Of a stretch of 55,647 bases of DNA, positions 26,868-36,945 are shown piece by piece. Every line of letters begins with the position of its first letter. The first letter of the stretch is position 1. The stretch spans positions 1 through 55,647 of the forward strand of contig JBBRUI010000002.1 of the NCBI GenBank assembly GCA_038247945.1, written 5' to 3'. The notes under the pieces are model-generated. The model was not told the DNA's origin. It made no database searches and was given only the letters and a program-made list of their open reading frames with translations. The stretch comes from Bacteroidota bacterium. GTDB lineage: Bacteria; Bacteroidota; Ignavibacteria; UBA10030; UBA6906. Position numbers and translations under genes: made by a program.

Positions 26868-28133
26868 ATGAAACCATTACGTTTTGTTGTTGTCGGGCTT
26901 GGCGGGTACGGTCTGGTTCACATCGATGCAGTGAAATGGCTTGCTGATCAGGGATTGGCCAAACTCGTTGGGGTTGTTGCGCTGGATATCGACCGCAAGC
27001 AAAGGCCCGCTCTTGTCGAATCTCTCATCGAGCAAAACGTTACATTCTATGACAGCGTTGAACATTTTACATCCGCCGGTCTCGCAACTGCCGATGTGTT
27101 GACCGTTCCTGTCGGGATTAATATGCATGTGCCGATGAGCATCGCGGCGATGCAGGCAGGGTTACACGTCTATTGCGAGAAACCCGTTGCCGCAACTGTA
27201 CAGGAAGTGAATCGGCTGATTGCGACAGAGAAGAAAACCGGACGACGGATCGCAATCGGATTTCAACATATCTACAGCAACTCAATCTCCCGACTCAAAT
27301 CCCGCATTTGCAATGGAAGGCTGGGAAAGGTTCATTCATTTGTGCTGATATGCGGATGGCCGCGCAGCCATCAATATTATACCCGAAATGAGTGGACGGG
27401 GAAGCTACGAGTGAGAGGAGACTGGATTCTCGACAGTCCCGCCAATAATGCTCACGCCCATTACGTTCTCAACACATTGTATTTATGTTCAACCGTTCCC
27501 GGGAAAGCGGCAAATCCCCGGGAGGTTCAAGCGGAGCTCTATCGCGCAAACAAAATCGAAGGACCGGACACGGTGCAGATGAAGATAGTGACCGATGAAG
27601 GATCAAAAGGATTCATCATTCTCACTCACGCGAACGGCAGACCGAACGATCCGTACATGCAGCTTGATTGCGAAAACGGAACAGCATACTGGCAGACGGA
27701 CAATGGCAACACTTTTATCCGCTACAAAGACGGCAGCACTGAAGAGTTTGATAACGTGATTCATGAGAAGTGGCGGTACGAGGGGTTCAGAGATTTTGTC
27801 TCAGCCATACTCGATGAACGATCTCCGCTTTGCACTCCGGAACTTTCACGTTCACACACTCTGACCATCAACGCGATGCATGAAAGCTGTCCCGAGATAC
27901 ATTCAATCCCGGATGAATATATTTCGGAAACGGAAGATTGGGAGATGTTCCCGCCTGATACGAAAGGAATGTTTCGTCGCGTTCGGCTTCTGGATGAGCA
28001 CATGAAGATTGCGTTGAACGAGAGAAGCTTCTTCAGTGAACTCGGAATTCCATGGGCTAAAGTTTCTCCGCCAACTCCGTTCAACGTTGAAAAATACGAT
28101 CATTTTCCGTCGCCGCAGACAAGAATACCATAG
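26868..28133 (+). CDS. Gfo/Idh/MocA family NAD(P)-dependent oxidoreductase
   Basis: N-terminal Rossmann motif RFVVVGLGGYG and the family-typical VYCEKPVA motif. Confidence 0.8.
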   Translation: MKPLRFVVVGLGGYGLVHIDAVKWLADQGLAKLVGVVALDIDRKQRPALVESLIEQNVTFYDSVEHFTSAGLATADVLTVPVGINMHVPMSIAAMQAGLHVYCEKPVAATVQEVNRLIATEKKTGRRIAIGFQHIYSNSISRLKSRICNGRLGKVHSFVLICGWPRSHQYYTRNEWTGKLRVRGDWILDSPANNAHAHYVLNTLYLCSTVPGKAANPREVQAELYRANKIEGPDTVQMKIVTDEGSKGFIILTHANGRPNDPYMQLDCENGTAYWQTDNGNTFIRYKDGSTEEFDNVIHEKWRYEGFRDFVSAILDERSPLCTPELSRSHTLTINAMHESCPEIHSIPDEYISETEDWEMFPPDTKGMFRRVRLLDEHMKIALNERSFFSELGIPWAKVSPPTPFNVEKYDHFPSPQTRIP

Positions 28134-28195
28134 TTGGCCCGGATACCGATCGGCTTCCGGATAGAATTATTTCCCAACCTCGCGCCGCCTCCCTC

Positions 28196-29665
28196 ATGTC
28201 AGCATCAAAATTTCTTGCAGTAGATTTCGGATCTGAGACCGGAAGAACTATTGTTGGTATTCTGGAAGGGGACAAGATCTCTCTTGAAGAGGTTCACCGG
28301 TTTCCCAACGTTCAAAGAAACGTAGACGGCCACCTGCATTGGGACATTCACTATCTGTTTGCAGAGCTGAAGAAAGGATTGTCACTCGCCGTTCAAAAAG
28401 GGCACGGCGACATTGAATCAATCGGAATCGACACGTGGGGTGTAGACTTTGGATTGCTGGACAAGAATGGTGCGGTGATCGGGTCTCCGTTTGCCTATCG
28501 CGATGCACGAACGAATGGAATGATGCAAAGAGTGTTCGAAAGGATTCCCCGCGAGGAGATTTATTCTTTGACGGGAATTCAGTTCATGCAAATAAACTCG
28601 TTGTTCCAGCTATATAGCGTTGCCCTGAATGATGCAACGACGCTGGAGAATTGTGAGACGCTGCTGTTCATGCCCGATCTGTTCAATTATTTTCTGACCG
28701 GCAAAAAAGTTTCGGAATACACAATCGCGTCAACTTCTCAACTGCTGAATGCCCGGACAAAACTTTGGGATGAAACCCTCTTTACAAAACTTGGATTGCC
28801 TCCACACGCAATGGCGCCGATTGTACATCCCTGCACCGTCATCGGGAAGTTGCTCCCGGAAATTGCGGACGAAGTTGGGTTGAACGAAGATGTTGATGTT
28901 ATTGCCGTGGGATGTCACGATACAGCAAGTGCGGTTGTTGCTGTTCCTGCCGCCGGCATCGATTGGGCGTATCTAAGTTCCGGCACATGGTCACTGCTTG
29001 GTGTCGAATCTGATCAGCCGATAATGAATGAAGAATCGCTTCGGTATAATTTTACCAACGAAGGCGGCATTGGTAGTTCAATCCGCTTTCTTCGGAACGT
29101 GATGGGGTTGTGGTTGCTGCAAGAAACCAGACGAAGTTGGGCGAAACAAGGCAAATCGTATAGCTATGCTGCGCTCGCTGCAATGGCAGAAGCATCGCCT
29201 GCGTTCAGAAGCATCATTGATCCGGATGACGACTCATTTTTGAACCCTCCCGATATGCCGCAAGCAATTCAGGCGTTCTGCAAAAAGACCGGCCAACTTG
29301 TGCCCAAACATGAAGGAGAGTTTGTCCGGTGTATCTTCGAAAGTCTCGCATTCAAATTCAAAATCGTGCTCAACCGGATATCTTCCATTACAAAAAGAAG
29401 TATCCGGACACTTCACGTTGTTGGCGGCGGCTCGCACAGTGATCTGTTGAACCAATGTACCGCCGATGCGTGTGGAATTTCCGTCGTGGCCGGGCCGATT
29501 GAAGCCACAGCTCTGGGAAATATTTTGGTTCAGGCAATTGCCAAAGGGAAAGTGGAATCGCTTGAGAAGGGGAGAGAAATGGTTGCCCGCTCGTTCCCTC
29601 TTAAATCATATCAGCCGCAGAATTCTCAGCAATGGAATGATGCTCTTCAACGCAACCAAAGTTAA
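28196..29665 (+). CDS. rhaB: FGGY-family carbohydrate kinase, rhamnulokinase-like
   Basis: FLAVDFGSETGR (phosphate-1 loop), IGIDTWGVDFGLLDKNG...YRDARTNG and VVGGGSHSDLLNQ are close to the RhaB pattern. No rhaA or rhaD is nearby, so the substrate is uncertain. Confidence 0.7.
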   Translation: MSASKFLAVDFGSETGRTIVGILEGDKISLEEVHRFPNVQRNVDGHLHWDIHYLFAELKKGLSLAVQKGHGDIESIGIDTWGVDFGLLDKNGAVIGSPFAYRDARTNGMMQRVFERIPREEIYSLTGIQFMQINSLFQLYSVALNDATTLENCETLLFMPDLFNYFLTGKKVSEYTIASTSQLLNARTKLWDETLFTKLGLPPHAMAPIVHPCTVIGKLLPEIADEVGLNEDVDVIAVGCHDTASAVVAVPAAGIDWAYLSSGTWSLLGVESDQPIMNEESLRYNFTNEGGIGSSIRFLRNVMGLWLLQETRRSWAKQGKSYSYAALAAMAEASPAFRSIIDPDDDSFLNPPDMPQAIQAFCKKTGQLVPKHEGEFVRCIFESLAFKFKIVLNRISSITKRSIRTLHVVGGGSHSDLLNQCTADACGISVVAGPIEATALGNILVQAIAKGKVESLEKGREMVARSFPLKSYQPQNSQQWNDALQRNQS

Positions 29666-29770
29666 GCGTCAATCCTTTCTCTATAGAACTCCATACACGC
29701 CACTGTTGTCTCAATTGAACCTCTGATTGTTTTTCGCCTTGCGGTTTTTTAGATTAAGCGAGAGGAGACG

Positions 29771-32041
29771 ATGCCCGCTGTTCATCGAAATAGCCTATCA
29801 TATTCAAAAGCGACGGCGTTCCTTGCCGTATTTCTGCTTCTCACCGCATCGCAATTCAATCTTCTCGCACAGAATTCAAAGCCCCGATTTGACACTCTGG
29901 TCGCTCTTGCCAACAACAAGCTGATAGCCCGACAAATAGACAGCGCACGAGTGATCTTCGAAGCGATGCTTGAAACCGACAAGAGGAATGTAGCGGCGCG
30001 AGCGGGACTCGGGAAAATATATGTTGCTGAAAAGGAATGGCGATCCGCAAACAATGAATTCGAGACTGTCCTTGATGCTTCACCCGGTGATATCGAAGCC
30101 CATTACTATTCGGCTATTTGTTACAGAGAGTTAGGGAAATCCCGCGGTTCCATCTTTCGCGCTGATGCGTGGCGGAAAGCGGGAAGGCATTTCCAGGCTG
30201 TCGTGGCAAAAGACTCCTCGTATCAGGACGTCCTTCATCAATATTCTCTCCTTGAGCAATATGATAACGAGTTTATCCACGCGCTGGAATTAGCACACGC
30301 CGAGCTGCGATTACGCGGAGACCTCGTCGATCCTCCGCTCAATCTCTTTCATCTGTACAACCATTTCATTTCTGCTTCGGACACAGGAGAAGCGTTCACC
30401 TGGCTGCGTTCGCATCCATCTCCCTATACGCAATTCTTTACCGGCGAGATGTTCCGTGCCGCTGACAAGTTTGAGCAAGCATCAGGCATTTTTGAGAACA
30501 TGCTTCACCTCGATCCTCTCTTCCCATACCAGGCTGCTCTTCTGTCGATTGTAAGAATGAAAGTATTGCGTGGAGAAATGCGCGCGGCTGAACAGTGTTA
30601 TTGGCACGCGGTGGATAGTGTTCATTCGGATCTCGGGGCTGATCTCGTCTTCGAAGACATAAAATATATTATGAGCGACGAGGAATTGAATTTGTACAAA
30701 TCCCTCACATCGCTCGAAAGGAAGCGATCCTTCTTTCGCGCGTTCTGGAACATTCGCAATCCAACGCCGGGCAGCTATTCCAATGCGAGACTCGTCGAGC
30801 ACTATGGTCGCATGTTGTACGCGGAAAAGAATTTTATTTTTTACGGATTCCGGATTTGGTTTAATAGCCCCGATAAGACCTCCATTCTCCATTTTCCGCA
30901 ATCGTATTCACTGAATCAGCGATTCAGCGACAAAGGTCTTATTTATTTACGTCACGGACCGCCTAATCAGATTGAGCAGGCGGCGGGACTGGGACCTGAC
31001 AATGCCGATCCAAATGAATCGTGGTTGTATTATCCTACTGCGGATTCTCCGCAATGGATTTTCCATTTCATTTCCGTCGGTGGCATCTGGCGGTTGGCTC
31101 CGCTTCCCACTGATTCACGTATGTTTGAGACCCTCGCGTCGTGGGATCCGCGGTACGGACGTCTGGGTAGCAGGATCCAACTGGAAAAATTGAACACGAG
31201 CGAAACGCTCATGGACGCATCACGCGAGAACGTAACGCTTGCGCTTTCTACCGATGAGCACGATGTGGAGCGTCATACACAACGGTTCCGCATACCTTGT
31301 TCCGTCGATGCCTTTCGGAGCGAAGGTGGACGATCGCTGCTGAACATCAGTTATGGAATTCCCATGCCGGTCATTGCACGTCTGCTTCCGCCCAACACAT
31401 CGCAGGCAAGTTGTGAAGTAGGCGTGTCCATTACCAATCTGACCTCGCAAACTGTTTCCAACAAGCTGGATACGATTTCGTTTCCGATCAGCCGTGCTTC
31501 TTCCGGATTTATTACCAGTCTGTTACGATATGCCGTCAAGCCGGATTCGTACGCTATTGCCCTGCATGTCCGTCCGCTCGGCATTGATGCGCTGGGTCGG
31601 TGGAACACCCGCACGCGCGTAAGAGATTTTTCTACGCGGGAGTTTCTTGTCAGCGATCTGGAATTTCTTATGCCATCCAATTCAAAGAGCAGCATAGAAA
31701 TAAACGGAATGAAAGTGATTCAGACTCCGTTCAGTGTTTATCATCCCCGGAATCCGCTGTACGTGTACTACCAAATATATAATCTGGCCGCTGATCTTGA
31801 CGGTCGAACGTCCTACATCACCGAGTACTTCCTGACTCCTGAAGGTGACTCAGGAAAAGAAAACCGCAATCTCTTGATGAAGTCTGAGCGTGAAGGCAAG
31901 GAAGAATCTTCAGCAGAATTTGAAACGCTCAACGCGGCGAACATCATGCCCGGAAAATATACTCTGAATGTCCGTGTCACCGATCGTCATCGCGGCAGTT
32001 TTGTCGAACGATCTAGATCGATTGATCTTGTAGATAGATGA
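29771..32041 (+). CDS. Secreted TPR protein with a GWxTD-like domain
   Basis: Signal peptide, N-terminal TPRs, and a central segment FSDKGLIYLRHGPPNQIE...ESWLYYP that resembles the GWxTD domain family common in Bacteroidota and Ignavibacteria. Confidence 0.55.
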   Translation: MPAVHRNSLSYSKATAFLAVFLLLTASQFNLLAQNSKPRFDTLVALANNKLIARQIDSARVIFEAMLETDKRNVAARAGLGKIYVAEKEWRSANNEFETVLDASPGDIEAHYYSAICYRELGKSRGSIFRADAWRKAGRHFQAVVAKDSSYQDVLHQYSLLEQYDNEFIHALELAHAELRLRGDLVDPPLNLFHLYNHFISASDTGEAFTWLRSHPSPYTQFFTGEMFRAADKFEQASGIFENMLHLDPLFPYQAALLSIVRMKVLRGEMRAAEQCYWHAVDSVHSDLGADLVFEDIKYIMSDEELNLYKSLTSLERKRSFFRAFWNIRNPTPGSYSNARLVEHYGRMLYAEKNFIFYGFRIWFNSPDKTSILHFPQSYSLNQRFSDKGLIYLRHGPPNQIEQAAGLGPDNADPNESWLYYPTADSPQWIFHFISVGGIWRLAPLPTDSRMFETLASWDPRYGRLGSRIQLEKLNTSETLMDASRENVTLALSTDEHDVERHTQRFRIPCSVDAFRSEGGRSLLNISYGIPMPVIARLLPPNTSQASCEVGVSITNLTSQTVSNKLDTISFPISRASSGFITSLLRYAVKPDSYAIALHVRPLGIDALGRWNTRTRVRDFSTREFLVSDLEFLMPSNSKSSIEINGMKVIQTPFSVYHPRNPLYVYYQIYNLAADLDGRTSYITEYFLTPEGDSGKENRNLLMKSEREGKEESSAEFETLNAANIMPGKYTLNVRVTDRHRGSFVERSRSIDLVDR

Positions 32042-32056
32042 ATGTAAGCAGCGCGA

Positions 32057-32911
32057 TCATCGGTTGTCCGTTTCGAACGTCACTTCGTCGAAATAGTCAG
32101 CGGCAATTTCCCAACCATCTCCTTTGCGGCCAAACCGCCCGATTACATTGAATCCAAGATCCCGCGCTCTCTTCGCAACCACGAAAGGAAGTTTTCCCTC
32201 CGGCGTACTTTTGTCAAGGCAGCCTTCACCGGTCACCACAGCCTCGCATCCCATGCAGTGATCATCAAAGTTCACAACGTTCAAAATTTCCTCCGCCCCC
32301 GCCACCAATGTTGCACCGAGCGAAAGCAGTTTCCCGCCCAAACCTCCGGCTGCACCGGTAAACTCTCCATCCGGAAGTCCTAACGACAACAGCCGTTCGT
32401 TCAACAATGGAATCTCCTTTTCCTTGGCTCCCTTTTGCGGACCAAATAATTCTGCCGCCCTGCTCAATCCGGTCCGCACATCACAAAAGACTGTTGTGGG
32501 AGGAAGGAGAAGTTCAGGCCACGACATTCCGCCGTCGACCGTTGCTGTTCCACCAAGACCAATCCAGAGGCGGGAAGAAGATTGCAGAGTTTGAAGAAGT
32601 TCGCCAAGTCCCCGACTGCTTGCTCTGAGAGGATCTAACGTATCAAGTCCGGCGAGGCCAATGACTTTTGCACTTTCTACAGCGACAGTTCCATCGGGCA
32701 ACTCGAGAACGGGAACCATACGCACGCGCCCAAACGGATCTGTGGCTGGATATTCCCGGAATGTTCCACCGAGTGCATATTGCAAACACTCAAGAAATCC
32801 ATCGCCGCCATCGGAAAGCGGCAGCAAACGGTCACCCGGTAACGCAAGATGACGCGCTGCTTCCAACGGCGACATTGTCCCTTTGAAAGCAGTCGGTGCG
32901 ACAAGCCTCAT
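32057..32911 (-). CDS. Glycerate kinase family protein, short form (285 aa)
   Basis: N-terminal FKGTMSPLEAA...PLSDGGDGFLE and C-terminal VVTGEGCLDKSTPEGKLPFVVAKRA are the glycerate kinase hallmark blocks. I place the start at the ATG at 32911, which overlaps the upstream stop (ATGA), not the ORF-track start at 33025. Confidence 0.7.
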   Translation of the reverse strand: MRLVAPTAFKGTMSPLEAARHLALPGDRLLPLSDGGDGFLECLQYALGGTFREYPATDPFGRVRMVPVLELPDGTVAVESAKVIGLAGLDTLDPLRASSRGLGELLQTLQSSSRLWIGLGGTATVDGGMSWPELLLPPTTVFCDVRTGLSRAAELFGPQKGAKEKEIPLLNERLLSLGLPDGEFTGAAGGLGGKLLSLGATLVAGAEEILNVVNFDDHCMGCEAVVTGEGCLDKSTPEGKLPFVVAKRARDLGFNVIGRFGRKGDGWEIAADYFDEVTFETDNR

Positions 32912-33885
32912 CTCTGTTCTTTCATTGTTCCATTTTTTAGGGAGTCGTGCAGAGAGTGTTTCTGAATTTGAATCAACGCGCTGGCGATGCGAAGTCTCAA
33001 CGCCTCGCCGGAGTCGGGCGTCCATTGATAAAACCCTTTTCCGGTTTTTGTTCCGAGTTCTCCTTTTTTCACCTTGTCTTGCAAGAGCGGCGAGAGTTCC
33101 ATTGACGAAGAGATCGCCGGTAACAGGTTGAGCGCGATTTCCTGAATCAAGTCCCAGCCGGCGATTTCAAACACCTCAAACACGCCGGCTGTTGAGAGGC
33201 GTCGGCCAAAGCTGTTCTTGATTACCACATCCACGTCTTGAGGGGAAGCGATGTCTTGCTCGACCAGGAACAACGCTTCGCGAAGCAATGCCATCTGAAG
33301 GCGGTTCCCGATGAAGCCGGGAACTTCTTTCTGCACGAGTGCGGGACTCTTTCCTATCTTCTTTAAAAAGTCAATGACTGTAGTGATCGTCTCGTCTGAA
33401 GTTTGTTTTCCTCGTACAACCTCTACAAGAGGAAGCAAATATGGCGGATTGAAATAATGCGTCACCAGAAATTTATCCGGTCGACGCGTGGCGGAAGCTA
33501 AAGCACTCGGAAGTAACGTCGATGTGTTACTCGATAGAATTGTCCGCGGAGGACAAATCGCATCCAACCTTGAAAAAATTGATCGCTTTAGGTCGAGATT
33601 TTCAAACACTGCCTCAACAACGAAATCTGCATCGCCGACTTCCTCCAGATTCAAGATCAGATGAATATTCTGCATTGCCTGTTCGGCCTGATGTGGTGTG
33701 ATGAGATCAGCCCCGGCGAGCGTTGAAAGATCTTTCCGGATGTTTGTCATCGCCGCGTCTAATCTCTTCCGGCTGACATCGTGGAGGCGAACGTTGAGCC
33801 CGGCAAGCGCGAACTCCATTGCAATTCCGTGTCCCATCAACCCCGAGCCGATCACTGCAACCGTTTTGATTTCATCAGGCGTCAT
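32908..33885 (-). CDS. 3-hydroxyacyl-CoA / 3-hydroxybutyryl-CoA dehydrogenase
   Basis: NAD-binding motif VAVIGSGLMGHGIA, and HFFNP-like YFNPPYLLPLVEVV with a C-terminal dimerisation domain. Confidence 0.88.
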   Translation of the reverse strand: MTPDEIKTVAVIGSGLMGHGIAMEFALAGLNVRLHDVSRKRLDAAMTNIRKDLSTLAGADLITPHQAEQAMQNIHLILNLEEVGDADFVVEAVFENLDLKRSIFSRLDAICPPRTILSSNTSTLLPSALASATRRPDKFLVTHYFNPPYLLPLVEVVRGKQTSDETITTVIDFLKKIGKSPALVQKEVPGFIGNRLQMALLREALFLVEQDIASPQDVDVVIKNSFGRRLSTAGVFEVFEIAGWDLIQEIALNLLPAISSSMELSPLLQDKVKKGELGTKTGKGFYQWTPDSGEALRLRIASALIQIQKHSLHDSLKNGTMKEQR

Positions 33886-33990
33886 AACATTTCCTCAATG
33901 CTTGTGGCGAAAGCTGGCTGCTGAGTTTATTGATTTGAGTAACGGAAAGCAACAACCACGGGGGAGTGTTGCAATCGGAGTGCGGGAGTC

Positions 33991-35094
33991 TTAATTGCCT
34001 TGCGGTAGTTCGGACTTCTTCCAGCATTCCCATCCGGAATGAGCCAGTTTATTTTTTGCACGTCCGAATCGCGGCGGGCGGTAAAGAACGTATACGCCAT
34101 TGCTCATCGCCGGGAGTGTGTATGCGGGGTCGTCCGCGCAATCGCAATGCTCTGTAGGCAAAGTCGGCGCATTTTGCATTGATGCGAGCGCCTCCGCGTA
34201 TGGATTTTTTACTGCTTGAATATATTCCTGCACGCGTTTCACGTCGTACACCGCGACAGTGATTGCTGTTTGGATCTCGGGAGCTAACCGGTCGAATGCG
34301 TGTTGAGCAAATTGCCCGGCGAAATCCGAAATGTTTTCTTTGGCCAGAACTGTTTCCAGTCTCTTGAGTGATGCAACATCGAAATATGATAAGTGCAGAT
34401 TATCGGGAGATGCGATGATATAGCGGGCGTAGTCACTAAGATTTGCGACTGTGTAAGGAGTACCGTTAAAGCATGTGGAGAGGACGACAAGATCAAATTT
34501 TGTTGAGTCGGATGTAAGCTGCGCGAAGCTCGCCTTAAAATCCTGAATGGTAAAAGATCTTTCGGGATAAGAAGCATCGTAACCTTCGCCTCCCGCTTCA
34601 GGGATTTCATGTCCAAAGTAGAGGAAGAGTTTTACCGCGTTCCGTTGGGTTTGCTGTCTGTCTCGATGATACAGTTGTGCCTCGGTTACAAAACCTGTAT
34701 TGTCCCGGCGGTATGATTCATTGGTGATGAGTTTTCCGTTTTGAAAATAGTAGAACTCTCCATCGGGACGAGGGAAAAAAAGCAGGAAGCGGCTCCGGGG
34801 TTTTTCATGAAATATGAAAACCTCAGCATGCGGATTTTGGATTGCAACGGCTGTAGCCTCTGCAAGCATGCGCTCATCCGCCCGATACGCGTTTCCCCTC
34901 CGGTCGTGGTACAGGTAATCCCCATCGCCATGGATGACGAACACAAGTGAATACAAAACCGGAAGAGTATCGGAAGGAGCAACCGTGGTGGGAACTGAAC
35001 TACAGGAGAAAACAAGCATTGCTGCCATGCAGCCAAGCAGACTCGTGGAGTATTTCAGTTCCTCCGCGATCTGCTTGATGTGCATGTGCCTCAT
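33991..35094 (-). CDS. Hypothetical lipoprotein, possibly clostripain (C11)/caspase-fold peptidase
   Basis: Lipobox (MLVFSC). A candidate His-Cys dyad in the expected order and context (LVFVIHGDGDY ... DLVVLSTCFNG). Weak call. Confidence 0.3.
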   Translation of the reverse strand: MRHMHIKQIAEELKYSTSLLGCMAAMLVFSCSSVPTTVAPSDTLPVLYSLVFVIHGDGDYLYHDRRGNAYRADERMLAEATAVAIQNPHAEVFIFHEKPRSRFLLFFPRPDGEFYYFQNGKLITNESYRRDNTGFVTEAQLYHRDRQQTQRNAVKLFLYFGHEIPEAGGEGYDASYPERSFTIQDFKASFAQLTSDSTKFDLVVLSTCFNGTPYTVANLSDYARYIIASPDNLHLSYFDVASLKRLETVLAKENISDFAGQFAQHAFDRLAPEIQTAITVAVYDVKRVQEYIQAVKNPYAEALASMQNAPTLPTEHCDCADDPAYTLPAMSNGVYVLYRPPRFGRAKNKLAHSGWECWKKSELPQGN

Positions 35095-35106
35095 TTTGAC
35101 GCTGAG

Positions 35107-35544
35107 CTACTTCACAATGAGGATAATGAGGATAAGAATCAGGAGCAGCGTAACAATACTAATGGTGATGTATTCAGCGGCCTGTTCCGTATCCTGCACC
35201 ACGTAATCGGAAAAGTCATTCAACCGTTCGTCGGAGACGCGTTCAAATCCGTTGCGGCCCGCGAGCTCATCCTGCTTTTCCTGAAGAGCTGCTTTGTAAC
35301 GATCTATCCCGGTCTTCTCCGTCACGGTAATGAGGGGAGAATCCTGAGCCATGTCCAATGCCTTGGTCATGGTCTGTAATGACGTGGAAAGAATCTCGCG
35401 CTTTTCAGTTGGATCCGAAGAGGCTTTTACTTTAGTGGCAGCATCGTTAAAAAACTTTTGAAGGTCTTCTTTTCCTCCTGCTTTTCCTGCCACAGTAAAG
35501 ATTACTAGAGCTGTGAAAATTCCCAAGATTGTTCGAACCGACAT
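35107..35544 (-). CDS. Hypothetical protein with N-terminal signal/anchor and C-terminal TM helix
   Basis: The ATG at 35544 is preceded by AAGGAGGAA. MSVRTILGIFTALVIFTVAG at the N-terminus, a helical middle, and ITISIVTLLLILILIILIVK at the C-terminus. Confidence 0.55.
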   Translation of the reverse strand: MSVRTILGIFTALVIFTVAGKAGGKEDLQKFFNDAATKVKASSDPTEKREILSTSLQTMTKALDMAQDSPLITVTEKTGIDRYKAALQEKQDELAGRNGFERVSDERLNDFSDYVVQDTEQAAEYITISIVTLLLILILIILIVK

Positions 35545-35668
35545 GGCTTCCTCCTTAGTTGAGTGGTAACATTCTCTTTGGTAGAGAACACGAACACGCG
35601 GCACAAGGTTCCCTACACGCGGTCGAGGGATCAAAGGAGGGGACCTCGCGGGTATTAAGGAGGAGATT

Positions 35669-36112
35669 TTAGTGTGGGCTCTGGCTGACCCGGAGGTTGT
35701 CCTGATTTGTCATATCTAAAAGCTGAAAATGTGCGGTCAAATTTTTATTGGGGGCAGCGCTACAGTTCGATTCGAGCCATACATATTCACCGCTTGCCTT
35801 CCGAAATCTGAACTTCGCGTGACATGGCATGCCCGTCTTGATCGAAATATCGAACGCGATGAGAACTGCGTGAACATCATCCGGGTGCACATACTCGAAT
35901 ACCGGTTTACCGAGCAGTTCAAAGTAATCGTAGCCCAACATTCTTCTAAAGGATGGGCTGGAGAATGTGAAAATGCCGTTTGCATCGCATTCTATCGAAA
36001 GATCGCCGGTGGCTGTTTGAAAGCCGGATTTCCCCGGAACTTTTACTCCAACCTCCGCCCGGATGCAGCCATTCTCCGTCGTCTGTTCGTGTGCGTAATA
36101 AGCAGTTTTCAT
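35669..36112 (-). CDS. Stand-alone PAS-domain protein
   Basis: FTFSSPSFRRMLGYDYFELLGKPVFEYVHPDDVHAVL...KFRFRKASGEYVWLE is a canonical PAS fold signature. Start placed at the ATG at 36112. Confidence 0.7.
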   Translation of the reverse strand: MKTAYYAHEQTTENGCIRAEVGVKVPGKSGFQTATGDLSIECDANGIFTFSSPSFRRMLGYDYFELLGKPVFEYVHPDDVHAVLIAFDISIKTGMPCHAKFRFRKASGEYVWLESNCSAAPNKNLTAHFQLLDMTNQDNLRVSQSPH

Positions 36113-36312
36113 AATTGCCTCGTTCTTAAAAAAATTTTTACCTGCATAAATTTGATAGGAGCTAATTCTTACCAGAAAATATAGCGGGATATAATGGAAT
36201 GCGGAATAACACATTTAGTGAAATTCATATCAAACAAATGTGGATGAAGGATGTGGGGTAATCATGGAGCAGAAGCGAGGCATTACGGCGAAGAAGTAGG
36301 AAGGCGGATTTG

Positions 36313-36945
36313 CTAAAGCATAAGGTTATTCAAATAGGCGTATTGAACAATATCTGCATTGGTCTGGAGATGCATCTTCTCCAAAATATGGCGCCGATGC
36401 GTACTTACCGTTGCCACACTGAGAGAAAGTTCGTTTGCGATTTCACCGGCGGTTTTTCCTTTTGCGATCATATGGAAAACCTCATGCTCACGTTCTGAAA
36501 GAAGTTCGTGCGGAAGTGCAGTGTTACCCGATTGCAGTTCATCCGCCAGCTTCTCCGCCAGATTGGTGCTTACGTACTTTCTTCCGCCGGCAATTTTTCG
36601 TATCGCGAGTGCCAGTTCTTCAGGTGCACTCTCTTTTGTCATGTAGCCCGATGCGCCTTCTTTCAATGCGCGGATTGCAAACCGTTCTTCGGGATGCATA
36701 CTCAGGATAAGAACTTTTATATTCTTGTTGATGCGTAAGGTATCTTGCAGGAGAGAGAGCCCACTTGCGCCAGGCATTGAGATATCAAGGACGAGTACGT
36801 CAGCCGGGTGGTCACGAACGACGGAATGCACTTCTTGAGCGTTTTTTGCTTCGCCCACTACTTGTAAATCTATTTCTTCGCTGAGCGTCCTTTTCAACCC
36901 TTCGCGCACAAGAGCATGATCATCCGCAATAAGGATACGTATCAT
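36313..36945 (-). CDS. NarL/FixJ-family response regulator (REC + LuxR HTH)
   Basis: MIRILIADDHALVREGL, phospho-acceptor context VLVLDISMPG, and the C-terminal LSEREHEVFHMIAKGKTAGEIANELSLSVATVSTHR. The start overlaps the kinase stop (ATGA). Confidence 0.92.
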   Translation of the reverse strand: MIRILIADDHALVREGLKRTLSEEIDLQVVGEAKNAQEVHSVVRDHPADVLVLDISMPGASGLSLLQDTLRINKNIKVLILSMHPEERFAIRALKEGASGYMTKESAPEELALAIRKIAGGRKYVSTNLAEKLADELQSGNTALPHELLSEREHEVFHMIAKGKTAGEIANELSLSVATVSTHRRHILEKMHLQTNADIVQYAYLNNLML

